The notes beneath the pieces were generated by a model. The model was not told the origin of the DNA. It did not search any database and was given only the letters and a program-made list of their open reading frames with translations. This document shows, piece after piece, positions 35,893 through 49,255 of a stretch of 64,000 nucleotides of DNA. The DNA lies in contig NC_069004.1 of NCBI RefSeq assembly GCF_001194135.2, positions 2,325,040 to 2,389,039 of the forward strand, written 5' to 3'. Source of the DNA: Octopus bimaculoides (Eukaryota). The translations under genes and the position numbers were made by a program. Numbering within the stretch: position 1 is the first letter of the stretch; every line of letters begins with the position of its first letter.

Positions 35893-36621
35893 TATATAGA
35901 GAGAGAGAGAGAGAGGAGGCAGTTAGAATTTTGGATAATTCTTTATTAGAGCTTTCATTTTATTTATCAAACTCATCAAGACGAAATTCAAACCAAACTG
36001 ATAAAAGCAGAATATTTTCTCATTCTTTTATGTGAAGCGGATGTTTTTTTGGTTTGTTTAGAAGAGAAAAATATTTTTGTTTCTCTAGAAAAGTGGTGAG
36101 AAAAGAAAGACGAAGAGGTTTCTTTTCAATTGTATTGTTTGCGAGACTAAATCTGGAGCCATGTGGTTGGGAAGCAAACTTCTTAGTCACGCCCACGCAT
36201 TTTTACCCTAAGAACTCATAAGTGTATGCTCTCCTATGAGCTGCTATACAGGCAAATTATACAAATACACAAACAAAAAAATCTCTAAGTGCATGCACTT
36301 AACCTATTTAGCTATAGAGATGCATTTGCATAACCTACATAAATGTACAGCACACAATCATAATTGTCGTCATCATCATTGTTTTAAGAACCACTTTTCC
36401 GTGTTTGCAGGGATCAGGGAGAACCAGATTTTCTGCAGATTCCCAAAAGGACACCGTTTGAATAAACGGATTTGTTTAGAAAGATGGGCCAACCTGTAAA
36501 AAAACAGGTGAAGGAGCCCAGATAGGCTTTTTCTTGGTTGACTGCATCCAAAAGACAAGATATTGTTTTGTTGTTTACAGTCAGCAGGTGCAGGTGTAAA
36601 CAAGGGAAAACATGGACTCTG

Positions 36622-36709
<88 letters not shown>

Positions 36710-36977
36710 CAAATAATAAATGAGTATATGCATATATACGTACAGGTATGTGCATACCTATGTCTACCTGTATATATAAGTGCATATCTGGGTACAGGAC
36801 ATTGCAAACAAAACGTAGACAAGAAAATAGTAATAACCAGAGTACAGAAAACACACAGGCCACGTAGAGAACGTATGTGATTGGGAAGCAAGCTTCTTAA
36901 CACACGGCCACTTGGTATTTTATTTTCAATTTCAGGAGAGAGGCAGCTATAAAGAGCAACAGAGGTTCTGGGCCCCA

Positions 36978-37705
36978 ATGGATAATATAGCTAGTTCACA
37001 TGGTCCAGTGAACACAGAGAAACACACTCCACAGAAAGCTGCAACCCCAGGTCAGCATGATGGCAGTTTGAAGAAAAGGGACAGAAAGAAGCAGAAGAAG
37101 GGTTTAGAAGTGAAGTCGAACAAAACCCCTTCTCCAAGCAGCAAAGTCTGTGATAATACAGAAGAGAATGTGGTCATCAACACGACCAGCAGCCTCGACG
37201 TGAACATTGCGACCCCAACCAAGGTGGACGATTTAGTCCAGGTACTTCAAGACAAGTCAAATGTTGAGGTAAGAAACAAGATTTAAATGTTGTTTTTTTG
37301 TTAGGCTTTTTGGGGGTTCAGTAAGCTCATTATTATCATGTCATCATCATCATCATCATCGTAACATCCACATAAAGGCCAACCAATGCCTTCTGAGCAG
37401 ATTTGGTAGGCGGAAATTGTGCGGAAGCTCATGTCTGTGCGTGTGTGTGTGCATATATAGAGGGGTGCAAAAAGTAGGTATACAGTTACGAAAAAAGAAA
37501 ACGCATACTCATTTATCTTTATCAAAAAAATTAAAAGCTATGATAAAAGTATTATTGTAATTAGGATAAATGTATCATTATGATTAAAGACACTGAAAAT
37601 ATAAAAAATGAGGCTAATTTAATGAGCTAATAATTTTAATGAATTAAGTATTATAACATTGATGTGATACTGTACACCTACTTTTGCACCCCACTGTATA
37701 TGTGT

Positions 37706-37736
<31 letters not shown>

Positions 37737-37972
37737 CATAGCTAGATTGGCCTTCATACTGGCAAGAAGAGATAAGCATCTCTCTGTCATCCACAAATGC
37801 AGTATCAACTGATGAAATGAATCAATGATGATGATCAACCAGGTACCCATAGATACTACAGACTATACTGTACTCATCCCAAGGATACAGACTCTGATGC
37901 TAAAGTCGTGTGATTTGTGGAAATGGGCATAGCGATGTATTAAATATTTTTAAACTCCATTCTAGAATTATT

Positions 37973-38041
<69 letters not shown>

Positions 38042-41000
38042 TATGGTCTCATTTGGCTTGACAGGTCTACACAAACACTGTATATTGCCAAAAGGTTGGT
38101 CACTGTCTCCATGAGGTGACCAAGACCTTTTGGCAATATACTGTGCTTGTGTAGATCTGTCAAGCCTGGTGAGACTAGTTGTAGCTGATGCCAGTGTCAG
38201 GTCATTGGTACCCGTATTCATGGTATGTAAAAACGGTCACTACACTCTTGGAGTGGTTGGTATTAGGAAGGGCATCCATCCATAGAAACCTTGCCAAATC
38301 AGGGCAGAACCTGGTGCAATTCCCTGGCTTACCAGTTTTCAGTCAAACTCTCCAACCCATGCCACCATGGAAAGTGGATGTTAAATGATGATGATGATGA
38401 GACTCATAGAATGAGTTCCCAAAAAATAGGTTCTAGGGTCAATTTGTTAGACTGAAACTCAAGGCAATGCCCCAGCATGGCCACAGTCCAATGACTGAAA
38501 CAAGTAAAGGGTGTAAAATAAAGAAAGCTATCTAATGTTGTTATTTACTTTGTTATTCTTTGTTCTGACAGGTGAAGCCATCTTGTGAAAGTCAGAAAGC
38601 TGAAGACAAAGCAGCGAGGAAAGAAAGACAGAGAGAAGAATACAGGAAACAGAAAGAGAAAGAGAAGAAGGCTTTGGCTGAAGGCGGTTACTTGGCAACA
38701 CCACCTGAGGGTCAGGTACAAAAGACAAAAGCACAAATAACAGCGGAAAGACGAATGAAACAGGTAAGTAGATAAATATTCATTCAGTCCCTCATTTATT
38801 TCATGTCCATTTTGCTGTGATAGAACTGGAATAAGTACTGGGCTTGATTCATTCAACTAAAAATTCTTCAGTGCAGTGCTCCAGCATGGCCACAGTTTAA
38901 TGACTGAAACAGCAAAAGGATTTGTTTAGTTTCCAATGAAATCATCATCATCGTTTCCATTATTTTGCAGGAAGCACAGAGGGCGGCAAAGTTAGAGAAG
39001 CAACAGGCCAAAGCGCAGAGTACAGCAGGTAAGTTATTTTATTGGCTTGTGTATGTGTGTGTGTGTGTGTGTTCCCACCCATGTGGTCTCAGGTGCAGTG
39101 GGACAACTTTCAAGTTCACTCCCAAGGCATAGCGCCTTGGGCAAATGTCTTCCACTGTAGCCTTCGGCTGACTAAAGCCTTGTGATTGTAATTGGTAGAA
39201 GGAAACTGCAGGAAGCCTGTTGTGTGTGTGTGTGTGTGTGTATAAGGATCCCCATGTCTTGACCTCATGGTTGTAAATGAACATCACTGTCATACAAGCA
39301 GTGTTGTTTGTTTCCAGTCTTCTGTTAAAAAAAAGAGAAAAGTATGACTGGTCATTGGGAAATATTACTTCAGCAGATTATATTATTTATTTAAAGGACA
39401 CAATATATGTCTTTAAGTGCTACTAATAGTTTCATATGTTGAGAAATATCTGAAACCTATTCATCAGGCACAAACCACATATCATAATGAACAGAAAAAA
39501 AAATTGAATAAGAGAAGAAATGCGACGAATATGTTTGAAATATTTCTCAACATACAAAACTATTTGTAGCTTTTAAAAGACATGTATTGTGTCGTTTAAA
39601 TAAATAATATATTCTATCTTCCGTCTTTCATTTGGCATTTATTCATTTATTTATTTATTGCAAACTTCAAGCTGCCAAGAAAGAACCCCTTCGCGTACCA
39701 ACACATTTGCGAGCAGACGATGAAGCCAAACAGAGGAAACTTGCCAAGAAACTAGACNNNNNNNNNNNNNNNNNNNNNNNNNNNNNNNNNNNNNNNNNNN
39801 NNNNNNNNNNNNNNNNNNNNNNNNNNNNNNNNNNNNNNNNNNNNNNNNNNNNNNNNNNNNNNNNNNNNNNNNNNNNNNNNNNNNNNNNNNNNNNNNNNNN
39901 NNNNNNNNNNNNNNNGTGTTTTTTTTTACCTTCTTTTGTAACCATTTCTTTTTCTTTGTTTTTTTTTTTGTGTTTGTTTGCTTGTTAGCTTTTCGTACTT
40001 TCAGATTCAGTAAAACAAAGAATAAGACAAATACTGGGGTGGGGTGAGGAGTGTGGTTCTCAACCAGGGTCCATATGGTCCTTGGTGGGGGGTGGGATCC
40101 GTATAATTTTTTTTTTTTTTTTTTTTTGGTCAAAATTTACACGGAATAAATTGCTTATACTTCTTCAATGCACCGAACACCTTACCAATTCTTTTTATGT
40201 AATTCCTAATAATTTTCAATTCCCAAAATATAATGGGATTTTTTAACCATCGAATGGTTTATGAGGGTCCAGTGGAGTAAAAGAGGAATCAAAAGGATTC
40301 CATAGGCAAGAAAATGGTTGAGAACCACTGCCATAAAGCATCCTAGTAGAGAATAGAAAATGGTAATTAGTAAAGAGGGACAATAGGGTAACACTGATAG
40401 TAGGAGAGGTTGTATCTTTGTGTCTGTATTTGTCCTCCACCACTGCTTGACAATTGGTGATGGTTTGTTTATGTCCACATAATTGAACAGTTCAGTAAAA
40501 GAGACTGAAAGAATAAGTGCCAGGCTTAAAAGAAAAAAAGTACAGGGGTTGATTTATTTAACTGAAAATTCTTCAAGATGGTGCCCCAGCTTGGCCGCAG
40601 TCTGATGACCGAAACAAGCAAAAAATAAAGATGTGTATGTGTGCATTTATCTGTGTTCTTCAAAAGATTACAATGGCATTTGTTATCGTTGCCCCTTCTG
40701 TCAACCAATCACCTGCTTACTTCACATCTCAAAAGACATGGGGAAATAGGATATCTCCTCTTACTTGAAAAACCCATGTCGAGTGTTAGTGACAGGAAGA
40801 GCATCTGGTTGTAAAACACTGCCTCGATAACATATTCATCTGACTCGTGCCCACATGAAAAAGTGAACATAAAACAAATGATGGGTGTGTGTATATTTTG
40901 TGGTAATTAATATATTCTAATTATTCTTTCTTCCCACTCTATTAACAGATTCAAAAGCTGTAATGTTCATCCTGCCATTATTCAGCTGGGTCTTTTATAT

Positions 41001-41333
41001 TCACGGGGATTAATATGTGGCTCAAATGCACGCTGCATCAGTTTACTGCGAGCGCTTCAACAAGTAAGTGTTTAAAAAAAAATTTTTTTAAATATATTTT
41101 TGCCATCTTTTTTTGCGTCCCATTTTGTCATTGTCATTGTTTTCGTTTTGTGTCCACTTTTCCATTCTAGTATGAGTTGGACCACATGTAATGCATGTAC
41201 TTGTCAAGATATATGTTTTTTTTTAAGTTTAGAAACATGTAGCGAGACCTTTGACGATACACCATGCTTGAAAAGACCTGTCAAGGGGGACAAATACAGA
41301 CACAAAGACACACGCTTATATAAATATATATAC

Positions 41334-41372
<39 letters not shown>

Positions 41373-41497
41373 TATATATAATACAATTCTATATTTAAGG
41401 GATGAGGAATTATGTACATTATTTACATTTGACGGATATTTGTCCTCATCTTGTTTGTTGCTAACACAACGTTTCGACTGATATACTCTCCAGCTGT

Positions 41498-41532
<35 letters not shown>

Positions 41533-43975
41533 AGGATGGGCTTCTTTCATTTTCCATCTATCAAATCTGCTCACTAAGTTTTGGTTGGCCCAAGGCCATA
41601 GTAGAACATACTTGCTCAAGGTAGCATGCAATTGGACTGAACCCAGAACCATGAGGTTTGGAAGCAAGTTTCTTACCACACAGCCATGTTTCACTAATTT
41701 TCAAAATTAGTTGAAACAAATGCAGTCTACTTTAACACAAATGTGTTAACGGAGGGGTTAAAGAACAGCCATATAGTGAGGTCCATTCAATCAGCTGTTC
41801 TTCCTCCCCACCAATTCATACCTTTGAGCCAATAAAGAAAAAAATTATTATTTTCAAGAGATTTTCATATTCAAAATTGATGGTTTTTTTTTCTTTCTGC
41901 CTTTTTGTAGGTTATTCGTGAATATTCTACACCAACAGAGAAAGAACTTAGCCGAGATCTGGAGCACCGAATCAGACATAGTATTGAGTAAGATATTTTC
42001 CTCTCTTTTTTTTCGACTTTTGTTTCATTTATCATCATCATCATCAACATTTATCGTCCATTTTCCATGCTGATATGAGTTAGGTGGCTTGACAGGAACT
42101 TAACAGGTAAGGCCTGGGACTGCACCTGGTTCCATAGTCTGCTTTGACATGGTTTCTATGGCTGGATTCTCTTCCTAATGCCAGTCATTTTACAGAATGT
42201 ATTGAATGCTTTTCGTGTGGCACCAGCACCCACACCACTGTTTTTTTTTTGACCACGCATTGGATGAACAAGACTCATAGGTCTACCTCTTTCAGCCATA
42301 ACTTTGAGACAAGGACATAACTCTGCTGGCTCCATTTAGTTTCCATGACCGAAAAATCTAGTTCCATTGCTATTTCTTGGTTTGTTCTACAAATAAACTA
42401 TTTCTTCTAGTCAAGCAAAAAAATGGAATTTAAACCCAGAATGGTTGTGGGGTTAAGAAATGAATTTTCCTCAAACACATGGTTTTGGGCTGAGTTAAAA
42501 AGTTTTCTCATTATTAACTTGGAATATAAATTAACACAATAGGTGCAGGTGTGGCTGTGTGGTAAATCGAACATTGTAAATAATTTTTATTGTGTATTTA
42601 AAATTGTAAATATTTAATCAATACAGCTTCTTCACCCCTTTTATGTTTGTCTGTCCTTGTTTGTCCCCTCTTTGTAATGCCTTTATGGCAAATATTTATG
42701 AAATAAAGAAGCTAGGCACCACACAAGGCGAGTAAAAAAAATATTGAATTAAAATTTCAATCCATAATTTGAATATGATGATTTTTTTTTTGTTTTTGTT
42801 TTTTCCATCTTGTTTTTCATTTTCTCTTTCCTGCTTTATCTCTTTCCCATTCTTTTAGCTTTTTGGTTACTTGCCGACATCTTTCTGTGAGTATGAGGAA
42901 TGCCATTCGATCTTTGAAGAGAAACATTTCACTCATCAGTCCCGAAGTGGATGAAAAAGATGTAAGTATCTTGTGATGGACTGTAATTAGGGGCCTTGAT
43001 ACAGAAATAAGTGTTACAGGATCAGGTTTTTTTGACTGATGTCGAGATCTTGTGAAGGTGTGTGGCTTTGTGGTTAGAGTGTGCAGCATATGATTGTAAG
43101 GTCACGAGTTCAATTCCTGACAACGCATTGTGTCCTTGAGCAAGACACTTTATTTCACATTGATCATTTCCACTCATCTGGCAAAAATGAGTTGTACCAG
43201 TAATTCAAAAGGGCCAGCCTTGTCACATTCTGTGTCACGCTGAAAGTTGACCTTAGTGGGATTTGAACTCAGAATGTGAACGACTTGGAACAAATACTGC
43301 TCTGATGGTTCTGCCAGCAAATGACTACGATGATGGTGATAATGATAATGATGATAACAGTAACATCATTAATAAGAAATATCTGTAAAAAACAAAAAAA
43401 AAACACAAACGGCAAATGAAACGTGTGTGTTCCATCATAATTCTTAACGATGCACATTAAAACTAGGTTAACGACCCTTAATTAAGACTAGTCCAAGAAA
43501 TAAATAAAACTAAAAGAATTTAAAACGAACAGGTAAGTCTTGTTTGTAGACGTCTAATTTAAACGTTGATTGCTTCAGTGAAGCCTTGAGTGGGGTGGGG
43601 GTGGGGAGTTAAGTAGATTTTTTGTTTGTTAAAAAAGAGAAAAACGAAACTTGCCAAATGGTAAAACATGAGAAGAAATGTTATTTTGTACGTATGCATT
43701 CGTTAACTTTTGCTCGTATTATTATTATTATTATTATTATTATCATCATTATTATTGTTGTTGTTGTTTTTTTTTCCTTTTTCTTCTCTTTACCATCCTT
43801 AATTTTCTGTTGAAGGCTAAAGAAAAATTGGTGGATTTTATTGATCGATACATCAAAGAGAAGCTATATTTAGCTGCAGATGCTATTTTCATGAAAGCAA
43901 AAGAGAAGATAGAAGATGATGATGTAATCATTGTATATTCAGGGTGTGTATCTTGCAATGTTTTGCTTTGGTTTG

Positions 43976-44010
<35 letters not shown>

Positions 44011-47000
44011 GTCTTTGGGTTTTGTCAAGAATTATTACTATAAGCACAGGTGTGGCTGTGTGGTTAAGAAGTTTGCTTCCCAACCACATGGTTCTGGGTT
44101 CAGTCCCACTGTGTGACACTCTGGGCAAGTGTCTTCTACTACAGCCCCAGGCTGACCAAAGCCTTGTGAGTAGATTTGGTAGATGGAAACTGAAAGAAGC
44201 CTTTCAAATATACAGTCAAATAAATTTAATGCTTGTCCAGTTCAGAGCCACAAAAACACATTTTGTGAAAGAACCAAATTTTATGCTAAAAGGTACCAAA
44301 TGCATGAGAGGATACCAAATACTAAATAATCAATATAAAATGGCTCTAATATATCTTAAACAAAGAAAAGTACTTTAGCTGAGCTGATATTTTAAGGAAA
44401 CCTTCTGATTGCTGTCTGGAATTTTCCATTTTTGGCACTTCACTCACTCAAAAATATTTTGAACTTTGGAGATTAACAATTGTACTATTTAATTTTGCCA
44501 TGTAAATATGCATGTGTGTGTGTCTGTGTCTGTGCGTTCCATAACTAAAATCTTTATATGAAATGTATACTTTTTAAAATTTCGTATTTGTTCTTCTTAC
44601 ACTCTACTCAACAAACAGGTCATCGCTGGTGCGTGAAATCTTAATTGATGCTAAAAAGCACAGCAAACGATTCAGTGTAATTGTAGTAGATTCTCGGCCT
44701 CGAATGGAAGGTAAGTATTTAAGAAAACGATCAATTTGTTTTTCATTGCATTTTATTATTTTCAAGGTTTGACATGGGATGCTGATCACGTTCTTGAAAG
44801 TTCAAACAACATTACTGCACTTAGTATTATGTGCTGGTGCCACATAGTACACTCTGTAAAGTGGTTGGTGTCAGGAAGGGCATCCAGCCATAGAGGCAGA
44901 CATCAGAGCTTGGTGCTGTCTCCTGACTTGCCAGCTCCCATCAAAATGTCCAACCCATACCAGCATGGAAAACAGACGTTAGATGATGGTGGTGATGATC
45001 TATCTTGGTCCCTCTGATCATAAAGTAACCTCTCATCTGGCACAAAACCACCTTCCTCAATATTACTCCTTTCCTCAGTTAAGGGGCCTTGTCTTATAAG
45101 ATATTTGGTGGCCTCGCTGCTAGTGCCATGTAAAAAGCACCCAGAACACTCTGTAATGTGGTTGGTGTTAGGAAGGGCATCCAGCTCTAGAAACCATGCC
45201 AAAGCAGACAGAAGAGCTTGGTGCTGTCTCCTGATTTGCCAGCTCCTGTTAAAACCATCCAACCCATGCCAGCATGGAAAACACACGATGAGCTTCTTTT
45301 GGTTTCCATCTACTAAACCTAGTCACAAGACTTTGGTCAGCCCAGGACTGTATTTGAAGGCACTTGTCTAAGGTGCCAGGGAGTGGGATTGAACTCAAGA
45401 CCACAAGGTTAGGAAGCAAGCTTCTTGACCACACTGCTGTGGCTGTTCTTCACCTGAGTTAACCATTTGTCTTTTATTGATGTTTGCATTTTGTTTATAT
45501 TTTAGGTAAGAAAACAGTAGAAGCTTTGGTTAAAAACGGCGTGGAGTGTTCCTATGTACTGATCAGTGCCATTTCCTATGCAATGCAGAAGGTAAATTAC
45601 TATTTCTTGTCCATTATCTAATATTTTAATTGGTTTAAATTGAGATTTATGGAAAAATTTTTTAAATAAAAAAAAAACATTATCATCAGAAATCTTTCAT
45701 CATTATCATCATCATCATCATTTAACATCTGTTTTCCATGCTGGCATGGGTTAGACCAGGGTTTCTCAACCGGGTTCCATATAAGATTTTTGGGGTCCAC
45801 AGTAATTTTTCAGGGGCCATGAAAAAATTGTGCTTCAGACTGAATAAAGTTTATGTGCAATAAATTGGTCATACGTCCCAATATATATTTTTATATTCTT
45901 GGGTATTTTATCTTCTTCTCTTCTTTTTTCAGGCAACAAAAGTCTTTCTCGGTGCTCACGCTGCTTTGGCAAATGGTTACATTATGTCTCGAGCTGGTAC
46001 ATCCTTGTTGTGTATGATGGCGAAGGCTTACACAGTGCCTGTTCTGGTTTTCTGTGAGACACACAAATTCAGCGAACGTGTCCAAGCTGACTCGTTTGTT
46101 TCCAATGAACTGGGTAACTCTTTTCACTCATTTATTATTTGCCTTTGATTTCTATTTAACACCTGCTGCAGGTAAGGCTGTGTGGTTAAGAAGCTTGCTT
46201 TGGAACCGCTTACTGTCTCAGACTCAGGACAAGTGTCTACTTCTATAGTTCCAGGCTGACCTATACCTTTTCACTGAATTTGGTAGATGGAATCTGTAAG
46301 AAGCCTGTTGTGTATATGTGTGTGTGTGTGTGTGTTTGAGGGTTTGTCTTGACATCGAGTGAATGTTGTTAATGAATGTCATTCCTTTCCAATATTCTGC
46401 AGAAACATTCTCTTGTCTTGGTGAAATATAACCTTGCTTGGAAATGAAGTAAAGGTTGACTTCACCTGACTTCTCGTGCAAGTGTGGAAACATGGTTGTT
46501 AAAAGATGATGAAAGCTGGTACATGGGCTGCTACTACAATTTTTCTGAAGCCACAATTACTCCTTCCCACTCAGCCTAACTCAAAGTGTTTTAATCCTTC
46601 ACAAATGCCATGGAACATATTGGTTTCCATTTGCCCAAAAAGCACCACTCAGTCCCACTGTATGGCACCTTCAGTAAGTGTCCTCTTCTGTAGCCCCAGG
46701 CCAATCAAAGCCATTTGAGTGGATTTGCTAGACAGAAACTGAAAGAAGCCCATGTTTATGTTAAAAGTATTGGTAAAGCAGTTATCGTGTTTACAGATGT
46801 TTGAGTCTCATGGGTAGCCTTCAATTTTTTTCTTTCTTTTTTTTTTTTAACTAATATTTACAGCCTTATGAAATGTTTTTTATTTTCATCTTATCCTTCT
46901 CTTCAGCCGATCCAGATGACCTAATCCACCTTGACAACCAACCTGATTGCCTGACCGACTGGAAATCGTACGAATCTCTCACACTGTTGAATCTTGTCTA

Positions 47001-47103
47001 TGATTTCACACCACCCGAGCTGGTCACAGTGGTCATCACCGAACTGGGCACCATTCCGTGTTCGTCGATCCCAGTCGTGTTGAGAGTGCAACAAGAAACT
47101 TAG
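36978..47103 (+). CDS. EIF2B4: Translation initiation factor eIF2B subunit delta (part of CDS hidden in gap 39758-39915; start codon uncertain)
   Basis: Exons 36936-37268 (first in-frame ATG 36978), 38572-38763, 38971-39028, 39672-(gap), 40949-41063, 41911-41987, 42859-42961, 43816-43943, 44619-44710, 45506-45591, 45933-46113 and 46907-47103. Motifs [100 protein letters not shown] and [16 protein letters not shown]. Confidence 0.95.
37458..37696. mobile_element. Tc1-like MITE
   Basis: Imperfect TIRs tagaggggtgcaaaaagtaggtatacagt / actgtacacctacttttgcaccccactg, flanked by TA. Confidence 0.65.
39378..39612. mobile_element. AT-rich MITE or foldback with about 70-bp imperfect inverted repeats
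   Basis: tattatttatttaaaggacacaatatatgtcttt..atatgttgagaaatat is mirrored by atatttctcaacata..aaagacatgtattgtgtcgtttaaataaataata. Confidence 0.6.
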
Positions 47104-47745
47104 GACCATTTCTTCTTCCTTTTCTTCTGACTTGACTTCTGAAGAATCTTCTGGTTTTCCTCACCTCTTGCCAGTAACTACCACCACCACCACCACTATT
47201 ACTACTACTACCTGCCTATGTTGTCATCTAATTGAATACTCTACAACCAAACCAACCTCTCTCCCTTACACCGCTACTACTTCTACTACTACTATTACTG
47301 ACAGTGATAGAAATATGTTATACAAGAGAATTTTTTTTAAAAAAAAAAAGAGAAAAGAAAACCAAAAGAAGAAAACAACCAAACAAAACAAATAAAATAA
47401 CTTGCTTTTTCTTATTAATTTCTATAAATTATTTTTCAAATTTCTCCATTTCTTCGCTGTACTTTTTCTTACTTTACATGTCTGGAACTATTCTTCAGCT
47501 GCAGACTTTGTCTGAGCTTTGGGCAAAGATGTCTTGGAGACACATCTTGTTGTTCTCATTGTTACGAGTCTCTGGCACATGCGTGGTTGGGTGGTTAAGT
47601 AGCCTGCTTTGCAACTATGTGGCTTCCGGTTCAGATCCACTTGGGTCAGAAGGGTCTTCTACAATAGCCCTGGTCCATCCAAAGCCTTGTGAATGGATGT
47701 GGTTGATGGAAACTGTGAGAAGCCCATTTTTTATATATATATATA

Positions 47746-47797
<52 letters not shown>

Positions 47798-48972
47798 TGT
47801 ATGTATATATACACACACACATACATGTATTTCTGTGTGCCTGTGTTTGAGTGTACCCATGGCTAGTCATCTTGTAATGGTTGTAACTGAGCATCATAGT
47901 ATTTCTGTAAACCCACCATACCTATCTTTTATGTCACCCCATATTGATAGTCCCTGCCCTGGCGTTCTTTTTCTAACTTGGTAAGAAGGGAAGGGTGTGT
48001 AATAATGAGTGGTTTGATGTTTTCAGTTTGTTTTCTACGATATTAGGACAAAATCCCCTGGGATGTTGTTCTTTCTTTACAATAAAAATATTTTAAGAAA
48101 GTGAAATTTTATAAAAAAAAATTAAAGATATTTATTAGTAGATATTTTTGTGTAAAATTTATCCAGGGGAATTTTGTCCTGTTACCATTTTCTACATCTG
48201 AAAGGAAATGTATGACTGCTTGATAATAGTCAAACGGGTCTTGCACATGACCAGATGTTTCTTACCTAACCGTACTGTCACTGCCATATATAGCACTTGC
48301 ATAATAAGTGCTAGTCCTATACATGCAGTTAGTTTTATGTTGTATCAGAGTCTTACATGATTCTGACATTACTTTATTGGCTGGAAAAAATTCAAGGAAC
48401 TATTACCGCAGCAACTATGGTATTCCCTCTTTGAATGAAAGGTAGATTGTGTGATACTTGTGTACAAACTGCAATGCTGCATGGCAGTGAGATGCCATTT
48501 TAAGTTCAAGCTCTGTTCTGAGTTCAAATTTGGGGTCGATAAATGAAGTACCAGTTACGCACTGGGGTCGATAAATGAAGTACCAGTTACGCACTGGGGT
48601 CGATGTAATTGACTTAATCCCTTTGTCTGTCCTTGTTTGTCCCCTCTATGTTTAGCCCCTTGTGGGCAACAAAGAAATAAGAAACTGTGTGGAAGCCTGC
48701 TGTTTATATACATATACACACACATATACATTTGTATCTATAACCTCCACCACTGCTAGTTACATCCCATAACTCAGCTGTTGACCAAAAGAAACTGACA
48801 GAATAAGTAGCAGACTTTTAAAAAATGTACTGGGGTTGATTTGTTCGATTAAAACCTTCAAGGTGGTGCCCCAGCATGGCTGCAGTTCTCTCACTAAAAC
48901 AAGTAAAAAAGAGCAAAAGATAAAGGAATCTGAGGGTCAGGTATTGGTGTGAAACCAAATAGTGGTTTAGAC

Positions 48973-49255
48973 CAGTGGTTCTCAACTGGGGTCCACCTGA
49001 CCCTTGTGAAGTCCACCTGACCCTTTTGGGGTCCATATCAGATTTTGCTGTTAAAATTTATCTGCAGTAAATCAGTTATACTTTGATAATACTCAAAATA
49101 TTTTAACAATCTTTTTTATACAATTCCTAATAATATTTTATTATAAAACCATAATAGAATTTTTTTTACACATGGAATGGTTACGAGGGACCATCAGAGC
49201 AAAACAGGAATCAAAGAAGTCCATATACAAAAAAAAAAATGGTTAAGAAACACTG
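48973..49255. mobile_element. hAT-type MITE (related copies or ends at about 40050-40330 and 45755-45850)
   Basis: CAGTGGTTCTCAAC ... GTTAAGAAACACTG TIRs, with 8-bp TSD GTTTAGAC/GTTTAGAA (7/8). Confidence 0.65.

Noticed and set aside
22333-47103. TRMT11 and EIF2B4 adjacency as a translation-related gene cluster
   Set aside because: Two housekeeping neighbours are expected by chance, and nothing here indicates shared regulation.
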